Shown: positions 60,101 to 64,000 of the stretch, in pieces
Layout: each line of letters starts with the position of its first letter
How positions within the stretch are numbered: the stretch's first letter is position 1
Virus record (IMG/VR): IMGVR_UViG_3300020161_002440
Location: 3,436-67,435 of that record
Length of the DNA stretch: 64,000 bases
Reading direction: 5' to 3' (one strand)
From: a virus
Lineage: Duplodnaviria > Caudoviricetes
Translations under genes and position numbers: made by a program
The notes under the pieces: model-generated
Seen by the model: only the letters and a program-made list of their open reading frames with translations
Told to the model about the DNA's origin: nothing
Database searches by the model: none

Positions 60101-60107
60101 TATTTAT
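60101..60107 (+). promoter_or_regulatory. TATTTAT late-type motif
   Basis: 18 nt upstream of TTG 60126. Confidence 0.45.
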
Positions 60108-60125
60108 AACTAAAACAAGGATATA

Positions 60126-61067
60126 TTGTCACAAATAATTGAAATATCAAGCATTACAGGAACATCACCATACGACGTGTATGTATGTGATGTCTATGGT
60201 TCAAATTGTGTGTTTTTATCTGCGGTAACAGTTAATGTTCCACCCCCAATATATCTTACATTACCAACTTATTTTGATTTTGCACCTGTGATTATGATAA
60301 AAATCATAGATGCAAATAATTGTGAATATTTTGAAATAATACAATGTACTCAAATACCTACTCCAACACCTACACCTAGTCCTACTCCAACTCCGACAAT
60401 AACTCCGACACCGACAATAACACCAACAATAACTCCTACACCTACGCCAACCCCAACTCCGACAATAACTCCAACAATAACTCCGACACCTACTCTGACA
60501 CCTGCGTTCTACGCTTATTTAACTATTGAACCATTTAGTGCAAGAACTTCAGTAAATTCTTGGATGTTATCACAAGGAAGTTCATTTAGAGGTTATAACA
60601 TTAATATACCTTCTACAGTACAAGCAACATTTAATACTCAAATGAATAGTTACTTAAATTACAGTGGATGGGGTAATTTAGGAGTACCTTCTATTAGAAG
60701 TGAACAAGTTCCAACATCTTCAGGAGGATTCGATTCTCAAGGTAACCCTATAGTTGCTTACACTTTCTTAACTCACGAAGTGCCAAATACTATTATGGAC
60801 CCTAACGAATATTGTTGGTACACTTGGTTTGTCCCAACAGGAGCAACAAACGGACAAAAATATGCGACAATTGGAGAGGCAAATAGCCCAAGTTCTTTAA
60901 CTTACTTTACTATGAATAGCGTTTACTCTAATTTAATTGTAAATTATACAGGAACTGCAATACCTGCAGGAACTTATAGAGTGTACTCAACGTTTGCGAT
61001 TGGTGACTTTAAAATAAAGAATTTAAGTAATAATTTATATTTCCGAGGAGGAAGTTTGATACCTTAA
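60126..61067 (+). CDS. Putative virion decoration/fibre protein with a Pro/Thr linker (313 aa)
   Basis: TTG start; Cys-rich N domain; PT tract 60357-60503; beta-rich C domain. Confidence 0.7.
   Translation: MSQIIEISSITGTSPYDVYVCDVYGSNCVFLSAVTVNVPPPIYLTLPTYFDFAPVIMIKIIDANNCEYFEIIQCTQIPTPTPTPSPTPTPTITPTPTITPTITPTPTPTPTPTITPTITPTPTLTPAFYAYLTIEPFSARTSVNSWMLSQGSSFRGYNINIPSTVQATFNTQMNSYLNYSGWGNLGVPSIRSEQVPTSSGGFDSQGNPIVAYTFLTHEVPNTIMDPNEYCWYTWFVPTGATNGQKYATIGEANSPSSLTYFTMNSVYSNLIVNYTGTAIPAGTYRVYSTFAIGDFKIKNLSNNLYFRGGSLIP
60357..60503 (+). repeat. Pro/Thr repeat linker
   Basis: [49 protein letters not shown]. Confidence 0.9.
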
Positions 61068-61082
61068 GATATTTAATAAAAG

Positions 61083-64000
61083 ATGATGAGCTTTGATTAT
61101 AAAAACCCCGTATCCACTAATATAGTATTTGGTCCTATTTCGGTAAATAGGGACAATGTTGAAGGCACTAACTTTAGTGTCGATTCAATTGGTGGGTATA
61201 TGGAAGTTTTTAACATTTCCGATTTAGTTTGGACAATACCAAGTACTATTTTAATAAATGGTGGACCCGTTTTATTTTCTGGAAATAGTATTCCAATTAA
61301 TTTTAATTATAATTTACCATTTACATTACCGAATCAATTAACTTTATATAATGATGGTATATCTTCAGGTAGAAGAAGATTAGGTATGTTGGCATATGTT
61401 CACGAAACTGATACCACATATCAATATGTTATACCTAATTATGAAACTTTATGGAATGATGCGGAAAACGCTGGTTCTATCATTGATATTGGAACTAATT
61501 ACGTTGCATACGATGACACACCTCAGGGAGCTTTATTTTTAGATGCTTGGACCGCGTCTACTATTGAAGGTATTAATGCTACTCATACGACCGCTAGATG
61601 GAGAATAGCCGATTTAAATGACACCTATATTACAGGTGGAACTTATTTTAGAGGAGTTGAGGGTATAAATAATTTTATTGAATTATATGATAATTCAGGT
61701 AATACTGTTAGCGTAACAGGTATGACCGATGTTTATATTACAGGAGGTACATACTTTTCTGCAACATCTCAAATTGATTTATATAATAACACTGGAGGTA
61801 CAATTTCAATTACAGGAATAACTTCAAACGGTACATCAGGCACAAGTGGTACATCAGGTACAAGTGGAACTTCAGGAAGTAGTGGTTCTTCAGGTACATC
61901 AGGTACAAGTGGAACTTCAGGAACATCTGGTACTTCAGGTACAAGTGGCGATGATGGTACATCAGGTACTAGTGGAAATGACGGAACTTCAGGAACTTCA
62001 GGAACATCTGGTACTTCAGGTACAAGTGGAACATCAGGAACATCAGGAACATCAGGAACTAGTGGTACAAGTGGAACATCTGGAACTAGCGGTATTAATG
62101 GAACCTCAGGAACAAGTGGTAATGATGGTACTTCAGGTACTAGCGGGACTTCAGGTACAACAGGAACATCAGGTACAAGTGGAACTTCAGGAACAGACGG
62201 AACATCGGGAACTAGCGGTAATGACGGAACATCAGGAACTAGCGGTAATGACGGAACATCAGGAACAAGTGGTAATGATGGTACTTCAGGGACAAATGGT
62301 ACTTCAGGCACAAGCGGAACGTCAGGACTTGATGGTGCTAGTGGAACTTCAGGTACATCAGGAACAAGTGGTAATGATGGAACCTCAGGTACTAGTGGAA
62401 CATCAGGAACATCAGGAACAAGTGGTACTTCAGGAACATCGGGAACAAGTGGTACTTCAGGAACATCGGGAACTAGTGGTAATGATGGAACTTCAGGTAC
62501 TAGCGGAACTTCAGGTATCAATGGTACCTCAGGAACAACAGGTACTTCAGGTACTTCAGGAGTTGACGGTGCTAGTGGAACAAGTGGTACCTCAGGAACA
62601 AGCGGTACTACAGGAACTTCAGGAACAAGTGGAACTACAGGAACATCGGGAACAAGTGGTACTTCAGGTACAAGCGGTAATGATGGTACTTCAGGTACTA
62701 GTGGAACTTCAGGAACATCGGGAACAAGTGGAACTTCAGGTACAACAGGTACTAGTGGAACATCAGGAACAAGTGGTACTTCTGGTGTTGATGGTGCAAG
62801 TGGAACATCAGGCACTTCAGGAACATCAGGAACTTCAGGAACATCAGGAACATCAGGAACTACAGGCACAAGTGGAACAAGTGGAACAAGTGGAACTGAT
62901 GGTACGTCAGGAACATCAGGTACTAGTGGTAATGATGGTACTTCAGGTACATCAGGGACAAGCGGTACTTCAGGTAGTAGCGGAACAACAGGTACTAGCG
63001 GCACTTCAGGTGTTGATGGAGCTAGTGGAACTTCAGGAACTTCAGGTACAAGTGGTACATCAGGGACAAGCGGTACTACAGGTACAAGCGGTACATCAGG
63101 AACAAGCGGTACATCAGGAACTTCAGGGACAAGTGGAACTTCAGGTACAGATGGTACTTCAGGTACAAGTGGAACGACAGGAACGAGCGGTACTTCAGGA
63201 ACAAGCGGAACTACAGGAACGAGTGGTACTTCAGGAACTTCAGGTACATCAGGAACAAGCGGAACTTCAGGAACTACAGGAACAAGCGGAACTTCAGGAA
63301 CTACAGGAACAAGTGGTACTTCTGGTGTTGATGGTGCAAGTGGTACATCAGGTACTTCGGGAACTAGCGGTACATCAGGTATCAACGGAACTTCAGGAAC
63401 TAGTGGAACATCAGGAACTTCGGGAACAACAGGTACTTCGGGAACAAGTGGAACTAGTGGTACGTCAGGGACAAGTGGAACAGATGGTGCAACTCCAAAT
63501 TTTTGTGGAGATTGGGATTGGGACGTAGTTATTAATCCATCTTCAGGTAATTTTAATATTGGGTCAGGTTCTATTGGAGGTACTATAGGGGCGACAGACG
63601 CTTTATATATTAATGAATTAGATAATAATTCGATTGATTTTCAAGTAACATTCGCGTCATTATCTATCGGAAGTGCAATTTCTATTTCTCACCCAACATA
63701 TGGTACTTGGATATATACAATAACATCAAAAGTTGATTCAGGAAGTTATTATAGTATAGGTGTGATTATTTCAGGTATTGGTACGTTATCAGCTATACCT
63801 ACAATAGGAACTAGTTTTAAGATTTGTTTCTTCTTAGGAGCTCCTGGCACATCAGGAACGAGTGGTACTTCAGGTACTTCAGGTACTTCAGGTACTTCAG
63901 GTACAAGTGGTACTACAGGAACTTCAGGTACAAGCGGAACATCAGGAACTACAGGAACGTCAGGTACAAGCGGTATTAATGGAACTTCAGGTACAAGTGG
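61083..64000 (+). CDS. Collagen-like (Gly-X-Y, mostly Gly-Thr-Ser) fibre protein, 3'-truncated; true frame absent from the ORF track
   Basis: ATG ATG AGC TTT at 61083; frame open to the window end. 249-aa N domain (RRRLGMLAYV; two D.YITGGTYF repeats), 185 GXY triplets, 114-aa globular spacer, then a second GXY tract. Confidence 0.9.
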   Translation, partial: MMSFDYKNPVSTNIVFGPISVNRDNVEGTNFSVDSIGGYMEVFNISDLVWTIPSTILINGGPVLFSGNSIPINFNYNLPFTLPNQLTLYNDGISSGRRRLGMLAYVHETDTTYQYVIPNYETLWNDAENAGSIIDIGTNYVAYDDTPQGALFLDAWTASTIEGINATHTTARWRIADLNDTYITGGTYFRGVEGINNFIELYDNSGNTVSVTGMTDVYITGGTYFSATSQIDLYNNTGGTISITGITSNGTSGTSGTSGTSGTSGSSGSSGTSGTSGTSGTSGTSGTSGDDGTSGTSGNDGTSGTSGTSGTSGTSGTSGTSGTSGTSGTSGTSGTSGINGTSGTSGNDGTSGTSGTSGTTGTSGTSGTSGTDGTSGTSGNDGTSGTSGNDGTSGTSGNDGTSGTNGTSGTSGTSGLDGASGTSGTSGTSGNDGTSGTSGTSGTSGTSGTSGTSGTSGTSGTSGTSGNDGTSGTSGTSGINGTSGTTGTSGTSGVDGASGTSGTSGTSGTTGTSGTSGTTGTSGTSGTSGTSGNDGTSGTSGTSGTSGTSGTSGTTGTSGTSGTSGTSGVDGASGTSGTSGTSGTSGTSGTSGTTGTSGTSGTSGTDGTSGTSGTSGNDGTSGTSGTSGTSGSSGTTGTSGTSGVDGASGTSGTSGTSGTSGTSGTTGTSGTSGTSGTSGTSGTSGTSGTDGTSGTSGTTGTSGTSGTSGTTGTSGTSGTSGTSGTSGTSGTTGTSGTSGTTGTSGTSGVDGASGTSGTSGTSGTSGINGTSGTSGTSGTSGTTGTSGTSGTSGTSGTSGTDGATPNFCGDWDWDVVINPSSGNFNIGSGSIGGTIGATDALYINELDNNSIDFQVTFASLSIGSAISISHPTYGTWIYTITSKVDSGSYYSIGVIISGIGTLSAIPTIGTSFKICFFLGAPGTSGTSGTSGTSGTSGTSGTSGTTGTSGTSGTSGTTGTSGTSGINGTSGTS
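61830..63494 (+). repeat. Uninterrupted (Gly-X-Y)185 tract, GTS-dominated
   Basis: Every third codon is GGN from 61830 to 63486 (the antisense shadow ORF shows Pro at every third residue). Confidence 0.92.
63837..64000 (+). repeat. Second Gly-X-Y tract (at least 18 triplets, runs off the window)
   Basis: GAP GTS GTS... through the window end. Confidence 0.92.

Noticed and set aside
61769-63528. Track ORFs 61769..63385 (-, VP/EVP repeats) and 61846..63528 (+, VLQ/EHQ repeats)
   Set aside because: Shadow frames of the GTS repeat. The frame starting at 61083 has a normal globular N-terminus, a start context and continues past both.
1-64000. Stop-codon reassignment as in Lak or some crAss-like phages
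   Set aside because: Conserved genes translate full length under the standard code. Almost all end in TAA, so TAG/TGA usage is uninformative, but no recoding is needed.
1-64000. tRNA, rRNA, CRISPR array, integrase/transposase, DGR reverse transcriptase
   Set aside because: No cloverleaf-like or repeat-spacer pattern in the short intergenic gaps and no such ORFs; all repeats are in-frame protein repeats.

Overview
This 64-kb window is a densely coding, AT-rich segment of a large contractile-tailed (T4-superfamily-like, probably jumbo) bacteriophage genome. A Bacteroidota host is likely but inferred (SprB-like repeats, A-rich leaders without Shine-Dalgarno motifs, promoter shape). Left to right: a 5'-truncated GT34-like glycosyltransferase, a BppU-like protein, family B DNA polymerase, a minus-strand block (gp13-like neck, Mn-type SOD fused to a nuclease-like domain, SNF2 helicase), neck/tail genes (gp14, gp15, sheath, tube, gp26-like chaperone, tape measure, tube initiator, gp53-like, hub), a replication/nucleotide block (gp32-like SSB, RecA, 5'-3' exonuclease, DnaB, NrdB, NrdA), the baseplate wedge cluster (gp25, gp6, gp7-like, several large unknowns), and fibre-like genes with SprB, Pro/Thr and Gly-Thr-Ser collagen-like repeats running off the right edge. 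Four coding regions are missed or mis-framed by the ORF track: the GT34 N-terminal part, a 54-aa antisense ribbon-helix-helix gene, a +1-frame ORF behind the tail chaperone (candidate programmed frameshift), and the true frame of the collagen-like gene. Best leads: (1) SOD-nuclease-like fusion with other enzymes that may be packaged in the head and protease-processed; (2) a possible phage-encoded virion O-glycosylation system; (3) the +1 frameshift; (4) an envelope-crossing baseplate with OmpA-like, GH73-like and transmembrane modules; (5) a strand-specific TATTTAT late-type motif. No tRNA, rRNA, CRISPR array, integrase, intron or intein was seen. All family assignments come from motif recognition by eye; no database searches were run.
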